In this document: in pieces, positions 37,251 through 48,380 of the stretch
Position numbering within the stretch: position 1 is the stretch's first letter
Layout: every line of letters starts with the position of its first letter
Source of the DNA: Hypanus sabinus
Taxonomy: Eukaryota
Assembly (NCBI RefSeq): GCF_030144855.1
Contig: NC_082733.1
Span: 36,518,001 to 36,582,000 of the forward strand
Length of the DNA: 64,000 nt
Reading direction: 5' to 3'
Notes under the pieces: model-generated
The model's input: only the letters and a program-made list of their open reading frames with translations
Databases searched by the model: none
What the model was told of the DNA's origin: nothing
Translations under genes and position numbers: made by a program

Positions 37251-38263
37251 GCTCCTCATTCTGGTACAAGAACTCTGTTCAGGAGTCTTTGAAGAGCAGG
37301 ATAAAGGCTGTCCTTGAGCTTGGTGGCGTGCGTTCTCATGTTATTGTATCTTCTGCGCAATGGAGGAGTGGAGAAGAGTGACTGGGCTGGGGAGGGAACC
37401 TTGATTATGTTGGCTGCGTTCCTAAGGCAGTGGGAAGTGCAGACAGGCATCTGGATATGAAAAGGATACAGATCAATTGAATGGGAAAATAGAGTATAAT
37501 ATGGGGTAATGTGAAATTTTAGCAGAAAAATATAAACTATGACTAAATGGTGGGAGATTGTAGAGCTGTGGAATCTGGTAAACAAGAACATTAACTGTAA
37601 GGTTAGTTTATTTGTCATACCTACATTGAAACATAGTGAAATGCGTCACCTGCATAATAATTTGTAATGTTTTGGGGGGTGGGAGCCTATAAGTGTCACC
37701 ATGCATCTGGCTCCAACTTAGCATGCCGACAATTCACTAATCCTATCCCAAAAGTCTCTTTTTTTTTTGAGAATATGGGAGGAAACCAGGTACGGCAAAT
37801 GATCTGGAAAGCTAACAGACTGTTATTGTTTCTTGCAAAAGGAATTTAATGGAAACCAGTGAGGTCATGTTTCAGTTATAGATGACACTGGTGAAAATCC
37901 GCATTAGAAGTACTGCGCGCGGTGTCGGAATCTTTAATGGATGTGATTGTGTCAGAGCAGTTTTACAAGACCGCTCCCGGAATGGGTAGATTGCTTTGTC
38001 AAAGAGTTTGGCAGGCTAGTCTTTCGGCTACTGAACTGGATAGTGTGAAAGGACTTGACTGAAATATTAGATCTTGAGAAGTTTTGCCAGGGTGGATATC
38101 GGAAGGATATTTTGTCCTGTGGGAGAACCTGGAAATAGGAGTTGCTGTTTAAATAAGGAACCCTTTATTTAGCACAAGCTGATATTTTTATTGAGTTGCA
38201 AGACCTTGAAACTTCTCAAAGGATAAAGGAAGCATGGACTTTGGATATTTTTAAGGCAGAGAT

Positions 38264-38791
38264 TGAGTGGCCACTTTATTAGGTAAGGAAATGGACCCCA
38301 GTGTGTTGTCTGCTGCTGCTGTAGCCCATGCACTTCAGGATGCTACATGCTCAGTGTTCAGAGATGCACACCACTGCTGTAACACATGGTTATTTGAGTT
38401 ATTGTCACCTTCCTGTCAGCTTGAGCCAGTCTGGTCATTCTCCTCTGACCTCTCTCATTAACAAGGTATTTTCACCCACAGAACTGCCACTCACAAGATG
38501 TTTTGTTTCTGTCTTTTGCATAATTCTCTTTAAACTCTAGAGACTGTTGTGCATGAAAATCCCAGGAGATCAGATTCTGGGATACTCAAACCACCCCATC
38601 TGGCATCATCAATCATTCCATGGTCACTGTCACTTAGATCACATTTCTTCCCCATTCTGATGTTTGGTCTGAACAACAACTGAACCTCTTGACCATGTCT
38701 GCATGCTTTCATGCACTGAGGTGTTGCCACATGATTGGCTAATTAGGTATTTGCATTAAGGAGCAGGGTACCTAATAAAGTGGTCATTGTG
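38264..38791 (-). mobile_element. Internally deleted Tc1-like transposon (family A, copy 2)
   Basis: Inverted termini GAGTGGCCACTTTATTAGGTA / TACCTAATAAAGTGGTCATTGTG; ORF MGKKCDLSDSDHGMI...GLSIPESDLLGFSCTTVSRV. Confidence 0.85.
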
Positions 38792-40281
38792 TACTGCACA
38801 AAAATCTAAGGCAAATGTGCGAAAAAACAATCCGTAGAGTGAAGATGCTTTCAAAAATAAATGAGAAGTTTCTAAACATCAAAAATAACTATAAAGAGCA
38901 GTAAACAGTTTTAAAAAAAACTAAATAAGATCAGTATTTTGTGCGACCATGCTTTGCCTTTACACCATTCAGTTTTATAAGAAAATTGGCTGGTAAGTTG
39001 TTCCAAGCATCTTGGAGAACTTGCCACTGTTCTTCTGCAGACACTGGCTGTCTCACTTCCTTCTGCCTCTTCAGGTAGTCCCAGACAGCCTCAAAGATGT
39101 TGAGATCTGGGCTGTGTGGAGGCCGTACCAACTGCTGCAGAGTTAGTTCTTCATTTCACTGACGATTATGACCTTGGCCATATGCGGGGGTCCTGCTGCA
39201 GAATGAAGTTGGGACAGATCGGACGCCTCTCTGATAGTACTGCTTGATAGCTAAGAGTCTGCTTGTACTTCTCAGCATTGAGGATTCCATTAATTATGAC
39301 CAGATCACCAGCTCCATTTGCAGAAATGCCACCCCAAACCTGTAGGGAACCTCCGCCATGCTTTACTGTTGGCTGTAGACACTCAACCGTGTAGCACTCT
39401 CCAGCTCTTCTATGGGCAAACTGCCTCCAGTTTGAGTCAAGAATGTCAAACTTTGACTCATCAGTTCAGAGCACTTGCTGCCATTGTTCAGCACCCCAGT
39501 CCTTGTGCTTTTGTGTGTAGGTGAGTTTAGAGGAATGGCTTTTTGGCAGCAACTCCTCTATGAAGACTACTTCTGATAAGACTTCTCCAGACCATAGTGG
39601 GGTATACTTGGGTTCCAGGGGTTTCGGAGTTCAGAGCTGATAGCAGTGCTGGACGTTGGTTTGGCATATCTCTCATCTCTTGCACTCCATTTCCATGGCT
39701 GGCAACTGCATTTCTGGTCCTCAATATTGCCTGTTCCTTTGTGCTTCTTTGGAAGAGCTTGGACAGTGCATCTTGAAACTCCTGTCTGCTGCAAAATCCT
39801 TGCTTGTGACAGACCTTGCTGAGGCAGGATAACCAACTTGTTGCAGTGCTCACTGTTGCCTTGGTGTAAGAATTGGTATTAAACTGTCACATCTGTTCCA
39901 CCCTTACTGTTTAGTTTGGTTGTCCTTCGCCTAATTAGATTCCTTCTGCATCCATTTCTGTTTCAGTTAATCAGCTTAGTTCATTCAACTCATTATGTCA
40001 TTGATTATTAGCATCCTGTTTGTTTATCTTTGTTTAATCGTGCACTGGAATAAGTGCCTACAGAGTAATCAAATATATTATTTGAAAAGTGGTCTGTTAT
40101 TTAATCTTTTTAAACAAAATACAAAAATTTATCTGTAACATTTAATCTTTTGGAGAATGAATGGAAATCTAAAACTTGCTATTTTCTATTGGTACACTAA
40201 TGCAGCAGACAAAAAACATCAAAAACAAAACTTGTATTTTAAAAAAAAATCTAGGGTATCCAAGACTTTTGCACAGTACTG
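38792..40281 (-). mobile_element. Near-full-length decayed Tc1 transposon (family B)
   Basis: TIR CAGTACTGTGCAAAAGTCTT at 40281 end followed by TA; transposase pieces QQGLSQARILQQTGVSRCTVQ (HTH), GVAAKKPFL, PPHSPDLNIFEAVWDYL (SPDLNPIE motif). Confidence 0.9.
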
Positions 40282-41428
40282 TAGATTCTTGATTAGTATG
40301 GGGTTGAAAGGCTACTGTGTGTGGAGAGAAATCTGAAGTTGAGGTTGTGATCAGCTAATATCTTATTAGGTCACCCAGCAAGCTTTGAGGGATTGAATGG
40401 CCTCTTCCTAATTTGTATATTTAATAACATGGAACCAATGTGATCCATCTACTTCCTCCTGAGCACAAAGTCTCAAAAATGCACGGCTTTGAAACTGTAA
40501 CCACATTAGTGTATGAATGAGGGGGAAAACAAAATTGCCCAATGAAATTTGGAGAAATATGTCCCATGCAGTAACAAGCAAAATTGATCGGAGTTCACAT
40601 ATCCATGTCTAAAGCAGTGACCCTGAAGGAGCTCAGAGCCCCCTGTGTGTGTTCTTCGTACTGCACGGCTGTTGAAAACATCCCCACTGAGGTTCTTTCT
40701 ACGCCTTCCTAATTTTGTTTCTCCGCGGAGTACCTGGTATGTCGGCCCTGAACCACAGCCAACAGTTTGCTTGTATATCAGCTTTCATTCTGTGACCTTA
40801 CCCTTGAGGGGAAGAGGCCAACTTCTTTAACCTTGCCTCATAACTTAAATTCTTGATCCTCGGAATAATAATTTTGCTCGATTCTCGACTCTCTCAAGGG
40901 TAATGGTATCTGTTCTAATATCAGATAAATAAAAATGTGTAAAATATGGCCAAAAAAGTGTTCTTTCTGTAATAATCATTCACAGGATATGAATATTATT
41001 GGTGAGGCTGACATTTCTTACTTATCCTTGCTTGCTCTTCAGTAGCTTAGCGGTCAGCGCAATTGGTTTATGGTGCCACCAATCACTGGTTGAGGCTCCA
41101 TTCCTTCCGCTGTCTGTAACGAGTTTGTGTGTTCTTTCGTGACCGTGTGCGGCTTTCCTCCCGGGGCTTTGATTTTCGCCCACGTTTCATAGACACAGGG
41201 GTAGCATTAGTGAGACGTTTGTGGGCTGCCCCCAGCACATCATTAGCTATTTGGGCGTTGACTCAAATAACACACTTCACTGTTACTTTCAATGCATAGG
41301 TGGCAAATAAAGGTAATCCATTAAAAAAAAGCAGCTTGGTGGACCATTTCGGTGGCAAAAAGCATCGGCCAAGTTTTACACGTCTGGAACCTCACCTACA
41401 CCAGATTAGATTAACAGTCTGCAAACTT

Positions 41429-41639
41429 TGTCGTGTATTTAATATTTCAGTAATCTGTATGTGTATGTATATTGAATGCTTAATCTATAGATATCGATAT
41501 TGATTAAACGTTCTTGTTTGTTTAAATAATTTGCTATGGTTTCTATGTATAAAAACGCGAATTGCATACGACGTCGTAATATTTTGACTACCTTGTCTTC
41601 CTTTGAATTAGTTTAATGTTTTGAAGTTGGAGAACAGCA
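41429..41639 (+). mobile_element. Gypsy solo LTR
   Basis: TG...CA ends; starts tgtcgtgtatttaatatttcagtaat like the LTR at 55978-56159; shares ctttgaa...gtttaatgtttt with 24790-24820. Confidence 0.6.
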
Positions 41640-43019
41640 CTTTGTATGTTCCACGTGGACATGTACGTATACAGTACATGTTAGTGTAATGCCTGTACTG
41701 GAGCCAATCCAATGGGTGTGCTTTAGATTAGCATATTACTGCACTCCATTCCCATCGTCTTAATGAGACTTCAGCTGGTGGTTTGCCAATGTACATTTCC
41801 ATCCTTAGTTTACCTTGGCCTGGTGGCCAAGTACAGATAGTTGAAGCTTCACCGCAGACGGGCTGTGGTCCTGGGGCGGCATGTGGGATATTAGCTTGTG
41901 GGCACCTGGAGAGTCTGTGGACTAAAAAGAGGTTGTGTTATTCCCCATTTTGGAGTTCTGTTTAACCTGTGCTACTCAATGGTTTGGCAGAGAATTGACA
42001 GAATTCCTATGCTACTTCCTAAAGCTTAAGCTGTTTGCTCAGCAAAGAGTAAGTATGCAGGGTTTTGTTTTACTGGATCCTAGAATATCCAGGGGGATAG
42101 CTAGCGCTAACCCAGTGGGCCGAAAGATCTGCTTTGGATCTGCAGAACTGACCCCAGAAGGTCCAAAGGTGCTCAAATTAATAGGCTGCTGTCTTACTGT
42201 AGTTCAAAAGAAAAGCCATAAGGAGACTTTCATCTGCTCCATGATAGGGCTAGTAGAATTTAGGCTTTCCCAATTCCAGATGCTGAAATCTGGAGCAAAA
42301 AAGCAAACTACTGGAGAAACTCGGTAGGTCAGGCAGCTTCTGTGGAGACGAGTGATAGTTGGCGTTTTGGGTTGAGGACTTGGCCTGTATAAAGAGGTGA
42401 GAGGGAGGGATGAAGTAAGTGCTAATCATTCCCCCTCTACACCCTGGATCCGTCCTGACTGAGCTTCTCAACCTGAAAAATTGCTACTCCCTCTGCCTCA
42501 ACAGATACAGTTTCATTGGCAGTTTACAATTGAGGCACTTCCCTTCACTTATCTGGTTTATCTTTCCTGAGAAATTCATGACTCAGTTGTGATATCTTGC
42601 TGCTTTTAGAGATTAGAATCCTTTTTCGTGATTGCAGAAGAGTTAAGTGAATCCATCAATACTGAACTTGTTGTTCACAACTTAATTTCAAAAGGGGTAT
42701 TGAAAGCCTGCAGAAACACAAAACAAGTAAGCATTTGTGTTATATTTTGTTCTTTTATTTTTCACTCATTCTCTTCTTGACTCTGTTGTGGTGAGTGTGG
42801 TTACACAGAAGGCACTTTGAACTTTCCTTTCTCAGTCTAGCCTTAGCCAAGACTGACAGTTTTAAAATTATTCCTTTTTTTAAAAAATTATATTCAACTG
42901 TGTGGTTGCATGTGCAATTTTTGTCCCCTGGATTTTGCCTTACTTCCTACATTCAGCATTCATTTGTGGACTCTAAAGAAAGAAAAGCTGACATCTGTAT
43001 CTGCATCTGATCCTCCCTA

Positions 43020-43510
43020 AACAGCTTACAAGTGAATGTTTTTTGAAGTGCAGTTGTATGGATTGTCATCCAGAAGACGATTTTGAGGAGGCAGATCTGC
43101 ACAATTGTCTGTAATGGCGAGATTATATGCGGTTAACGTCGATGACTGAAGGGACAAATATTAGCCTCCCCATCACTGGTGATCTGCTGTGTAGTCACAT
43201 GGAATCTTTTTCATCCACCTCAGAGGGCAGACAAGGTTCAAAGTAAATTTCTTATGTGTCACCAAATAATACCCTGAGATCCTGTTATTTTTTACAAGCA
43301 TTCACAGTAGAACAAATAAATGCAATAAAATTAATTTGCAATACAGTACAATCAATGTGCAATTGAATCAACCAGGTTAATACCTTGTTCTGAAAAAAAG
43401 AATCTCTCTGTTGATGGATACTGCTTCGGCTTAACGTTACACTGGAGAGTTGGCAGACTTAAACCCACACTTTCTGACTGGGAGCCAAGCATGCTAAGTG
43501 TGAGACACAA
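43020..43510 (-). mobile_element. SacSINE1/DeuSINE-like SINE interrupted by a LINE tail (~43238-43375)
   Basis: tttttgaagtgcagt tail, ggaatctttttcatccacctcagagggcagac Deu-domain piece, gacttaaacccacactttctgact head. Confidence 0.6.
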
Positions 43511-43742
43511 CTGATACTGTGACAAATGATGTGACCTGGTATCTCAGTCTGGAACTGAGACAGTGGTGCACTTCAGATGGAAAGTTATTTGACTGCCTCG
43601 TTGGGTTGGATCATATGACACTTCCTGTCTTTCAGATCGTGCCATTGTTCTTTTGATGTCATTATGAATCACAGAGCGGCCAAGACCTGACTTTATTCTC
43701 AGCTTAATCATGGAGTACTTGGTTGAAGTTAAAGCAGAGATT

Positions 43743-44162
43743 TACCGTCAAGATGAGGCCACACACAGGTTGATGGAGCAACACCTTATCTCTCGCCTAG
43801 GTAGCCTCCTACCTGCCGACATGAACATTCAACTCATAGACCTCTGTTGATACCCCATCCCTATCTATAATTTTAGTCTGGTTCTCTTTCTCTCTCTTTT
43901 CCCCCTTCACTACAATCTCCCCCCAGCCCTACCTTTCTTTCTCTTTTATTTCCCATAATTTTCCACCTTCCCCCAGCCCATTTCCCTTCAGCCTATCACT
44001 TCCCAGCTCTCTACTTCATCCCTCCCCCCGCTTCTTATCCCCCCTCCACCACCCCATGTTACTTCACTCCTGATGAAGGGTTTCGGCCTGAAACGTCGTC
44101 ACTACCTCCTCCCATAGATGCTGTCTGGCCTGCTGAGTTCTACCAACGTTTTGTGTTTTTAT
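43743..44162 (+). mobile_element. Penelope-like retroelement 3' end (second subfamily)
   Basis: 43743-43850 YRQDEATHRLMEQHLISRLGSLLPADMNIQLIDLC*; hammerhead core CTGATGA-AGGGTTTCGGCCT-GAAA-CGTC at 44070-44097; 14-bp TSD TTAAAGCAG(A/G)GATT at 43729-43742 and 44163-44176. Confidence 0.85.
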
Positions 44163-44715
44163 TTAAAGCAGGGATTGTATGCTGATACCTTGAAGGATGA
44201 TTTGGGCCCATAATTGTCGTATTCATAGTGAAAAGTGCCATCTAATGAGCAATGTTAACCAACCTTCCAGTGCATCGTTCTTGTGGGCTTTGCAATGAGG
44301 AGCTGAGGCTTTCTGGGAAGCAGGAAAGCCCAACTTCTTTCAATGCTAAATCTCTACCGTGCCCAACTTTAGGGGAAAAGGATAACACTCAAATACTTAA
44401 ATGAACCTTGCTACCATCCTGCGTATTGCAGTTCGTTGGGTACATTAGGGTGATGTGTTATTATAATGTTCAGTGCAATGGCTTGAGGTGCCAGCTGAGA
44501 GGCTGGCGTTCAATTCCTGTAGGTCTGTAAGGAGTTGTAACTTCTCCCTGTGACCGTGTGGGCTTCTTTCAGGTGCTCTGATTTCCTCCCACATTCCGAA
44601 GATGTACAGGTTAGGGTTGGTGAGTTGTGGGCACGCTATGTTGGTGCTTGAAGCATGGCAACGCTTGCTGACTACCCCCAGCACATCCTCATTTATTTGA
44701 TTTTCACTGTATATC

Positions 44716-44737
44716 CAGTACTGTACAAAACTCTTAG

Positions 44738-44791
<54 letters not shown>

Positions 44792-45285
44792 CTAGACTTG
44801 TGCACAGTACTGCATTTGTCAACGTGGAGCAGAGAGCAAGTTTGTAAACCTGCTGGGAGTGAAGGATGTTGGGAATAGTGAGGGTGGAGCACCATGGGAA
44901 GGGTGGGGGACGCGTGGCAGTGAAGGAGTGCTGGGGTGGGGGGATGTGGCGCAAGTGCAGACATACCCAGCCCCAAGACAAGGTCATTTGATTCCAAACA
45001 ATTGGTTTATTGATCATTACAGAATGTCTCTCTGGTGCTTCCTGCTCCCTCCCCTCTCCCTTCCCCTTTTCCCAACTATGATTCTGCTCTCCCTACCTCC
45101 TTCCCAATATCAGTCCACAACTGAGACCCATATCAGAACCAGGTTTATCATCACACGCACATGTCATGGAATTTGATTTTTTTTTTGTGGCAGCAGAATA
45201 GTGCAAAACATAAAACTATTACAGAACTGTGCAAACGTCTTAGTCATCCTAGCTCATATATGCCTAAGACTTTTGCCCAGTACTG
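44716..45285. mobile_element. Composite Tc1 unit: mini-MITE + cargo + mini-MITE (copy 2), inserted in a V-SINE tail
   Basis: TIR pairs at 44716-44812 (with (TA)n spacer) and 45222-45285; SINE resumes at 45286. Confidence 0.75.
44748..44790. repeat. (TA)n microsatellite inside the MITE spacer
   Basis: Direct observation. Confidence 0.95.
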
Positions 45286-47265
45286 CAGATGAGACAAATA
45301 AAGTTCATCTTTACCTTTTTACCTTCTGTCTACAAGCCTTGGGGTTTATTTCTCCTCAGACTTAATAAGATTGCTCTTGCGCTTGATTGGTTTGATTATC
45401 ACAAACAATATTTCCTTATTTGAATGTGCCAACCTGACAGTTTTTTTTCCAGGAGTTCCTTTCTGTGTCCATGTCTGTGGTTGTGACTGAAGCCTAGCTA
45501 AAAGCATGTTGGGCTCTTTTTGTTTTTGGTAAATGTCTGAAGCAGAAGGAACATCAAGTGTAGCCGTTCCTTTTGGCCACAGGCACTGCATGTGAATTAA
45601 GTATTTTCTGTTTTTTAAAAAAGGCGTTCATTGTGCTCTCTAAATTAAGAGCACAAGTGAAAGTCGAGAGCATTGGAACTTCCTTCATTAGCTCTCCAGC
45701 TTGCTTACCCTACATTCAAACTACACTTTAAAACGCTTGAGTATTATCATTTCCGTTCCTCTGCCTGGCAGATTACTCGAATCATCGTTTTCAAATGACA
45801 TTTAAAATGTTACTTTCCTCTTGATTTCTCTGATTTCTCTTGATTCCTCTTTCTTCTGATTTCTCTTTCTGGTCCATAATTTTCATGTCAGAGTTTAAAT
45901 GCAAGCCAAAGCAGGACCAGAGATGGCATAAATCTGAGGTAACAGCAGGGCACCCCAGAGGCTCTGTAAGGCATTGGTCAGACTGCATTTGGAGTATTGA
46001 GAGCAGTTTTGGGCCCCTTTTCTGAGGGGTGCAAACATTGAAGAGGGTCCAGAAAGGGATAATGAAGCAGACTTGATGGGCCAAATGGCTGAATTCTGCC
46101 CTTATGTCCTCTAGTCTTTTCACGTCAGACTTTTAAAGGAAGCTAATGCAGAACAGGAAATGGTATAAATCTCTGCGGCAACAGCAGGGCACCCCAAGAT
46201 GACTCAAGGCTATTTGCCACTCAGATTACATTAAGAGCTATTGTTCGAGCCAGGGTAAGAAATGATGCAGCGGCTGATTGATGAAATCCTGTCGCTGTCT
46301 CTCATCTGAAGTTCAGGAAGCAGTGCTTTGTCAACAAAGGCTGTTAACCGGTTTATTTTATGAGTAGGGTGGAGGAGATTAGGAAGTAGAAATGACTATG
46401 AAGGGAAAGGGAGAGTGGTGTTCTAATGAGACATATATTTGACACTGCTCCAATGCACGGTGTTCTCTCCTCTCCTGAAGAGGACGCCCGTTGCTTCCTT
46501 GGTTGGCTTCCACAGTGGGTGGCAGCAGGCAAGTCTGCTAGGTTCATCTGACTCTCCATGGCCAAACTTGGAGCATCCCAGTAGACATTGGCAATCCAAT
46601 CCTCTTATCCCAGATAACCTGGTTTCTCTGAACAACTTTGGCACAAATCCGAGTATTGAGTACGGGGTTGGGATGTAATGCTGAAGTTATTTAACATGAT
46701 GGTGAGGCAGTTTTGGATTATTGCGTACTGTTCTGGTCACCTAACTACAGGAGAAATATCAACTTTCTGGTCAAGGTGGCACTTGTGTACAATGCTCCTA
46801 AGGTCGGCATCTTTTGGCTAGACCATGAAGCCTTTTATTTCACTTCTTTTGTGTCTTTTATGTTTGTTTGTTTTTTGCCTCAGATGTGACTCTGGGACTG
46901 CTGGAGCCTGTGATTTGCTGTTTGGAAATTGGGCGTTCCAGTGCTCTGCAGTCTCAGGGGATTCCTGGAGGCAGAAACCTGTGATGAGAAGGCTGCAGGA
47001 TGGGGTGCAAGCCAGTGTTCGGGGAGGGGGTATTTGGGGGCTGATGATCATGCTCCCTTTCTTTACTTGGTTTCATGGCTACCTAGAGAACTGAAGAATT
47101 TCAAGTTGTACACTTTGTTAATAAATAAACCTTTGAATAAGCTGAAAAAGTGCAGAGAAAATTTATATTGGTGTTGCCAGGACTCGAGGACCTGAGATAG
47201 AGGAAAAGATAAATAAGTTAAGACATAATTCCCTGGATCATAGGAGGAGGGGAGATCCTGTATAG

Positions 47266-47342
47266 CAGGGGTTCCAACCTGGGGTCCATGGACCCCTCGG
47301 TTAATGTTAAGGCTCCATGGCATAAAAAGTTGGGAGCCCCTG
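47266..47342. mobile_element. hAT-Charlie-type MITE (77 bp) within a CR1 remnant
   Basis: CAGGGGTTCCAACCT...AAGTTGGGAGCCCCTG; imperfect 8-bp TSD ctgtatag/ttgtagag. Confidence 0.75.
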
Positions 47343-47833
47343 TTGTAGAGCTGTACAAATTAAGGGGTATAGATAAGCTATACATGTGCAGGATTTTCAC
47401 ATGAGGGGAAGACTAAAATGAGAGGTCATAGGTTCAGGTGAGAGGTGAAGTATTGAAGGGGAATTTGAAGGAAAGCTTCTTTACTCAGAGGTGTGAAACA
47501 AGCTGTCAGAAGAAGTAGTGGATGCAGGTTCAATCCCAACATTTAAGAGAAGTTCTGATGAGTTCAGGGATGGGCGGGCAGTGGAGGATTGTGACCCGGG
47601 GTGGATAGATGGGACGAGGCATGATAAAACAAATCGCCACAGACCAGCTGTGCTCTGGTTCCCTTTCAAGCATCCTGTTTCCCAGTTTTTATTTTTTTCT
47701 TCGCACAGTTTGTCTTTTGCACATTGGTTGTTAGTTGTTATGTATAGCTTTTCATAAATTCTGGTGTATTTCTTTATTTTCCTGTAAAGGCCTGAAAGAA
47801 AATGAATCTCAAGGTAATCTATGGTAAGATAAT

Positions 47834-48380
47834 GTGAGGTGAGGCTTCTGTCGGTCAGGGTTGACTATGGATATTGTGTCCTAGCTGTCGAGGTACACTG
47901 GGCACTACGATATGGAGAGCAAGCTGTTGCCCATGTAGCAAGCTCCCTCTCTTCATGCATCTGATGAGCCCAAAGGAACAGTAGAGACTGATGCAATTTG
48001 GTACCAGCAGCATCACTGGAGTTGCCAGTCAGTGTTGAACTCAACGTGGGCTTGCCTTAGGGACTCCAGCTCTGGATTTTTCCCTCTTGGTTTACTCCTG
48101 AAGGCAGTGGAGGTTTGATGTCAGTTCCCCGTCTCCTAGATGATCTGCCAATCTCAACTGACGAGCCCCATTTGCCAGAAGTAATTGTTTTTAAGGCACC
48201 AGTGATCCCCTTTGCCCCTTCTCCTGTCCGTAGAACTGGTTCTGCTGGGCTTAGTAGCTAAGCCACATGTGAAGGCCAGGAGCAGGACTTGGTTGTCTGA
48301 GACACATGCCATTGGGAGCATTCAATAGGTAGTGGGTGCATGTCCCCATTACCACCCCCAGCTATAACAACCTTAAGGAA
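47834..48380 (-). mobile_element. Non-autonomous retroelement, tentatively RTE-derived (same family as 19997-20525)
   Basis: Reverse complement is colinear with 19997-20525 from ttccttaag onward. Confidence 0.55.

Noticed and set aside
42620-42735. Possible ~90-nt exon (ELSESINTELVVHNLISKGVLKACRNTKQ) ending at gtaagc
   Set aside because: Modest splice signals and no recognisable homology; not supportable without RNA data
44445-45017. 190-aa ORF with IYIY repeats
   Set aside because: Reads through a SINE, a (TA)n microsatellite and MITE cargo; spurious
46140-46340. ETS/AP-1/SOX motif cluster as an enhancer
   Set aside because: Short motifs expected by chance at this scale; no independent support
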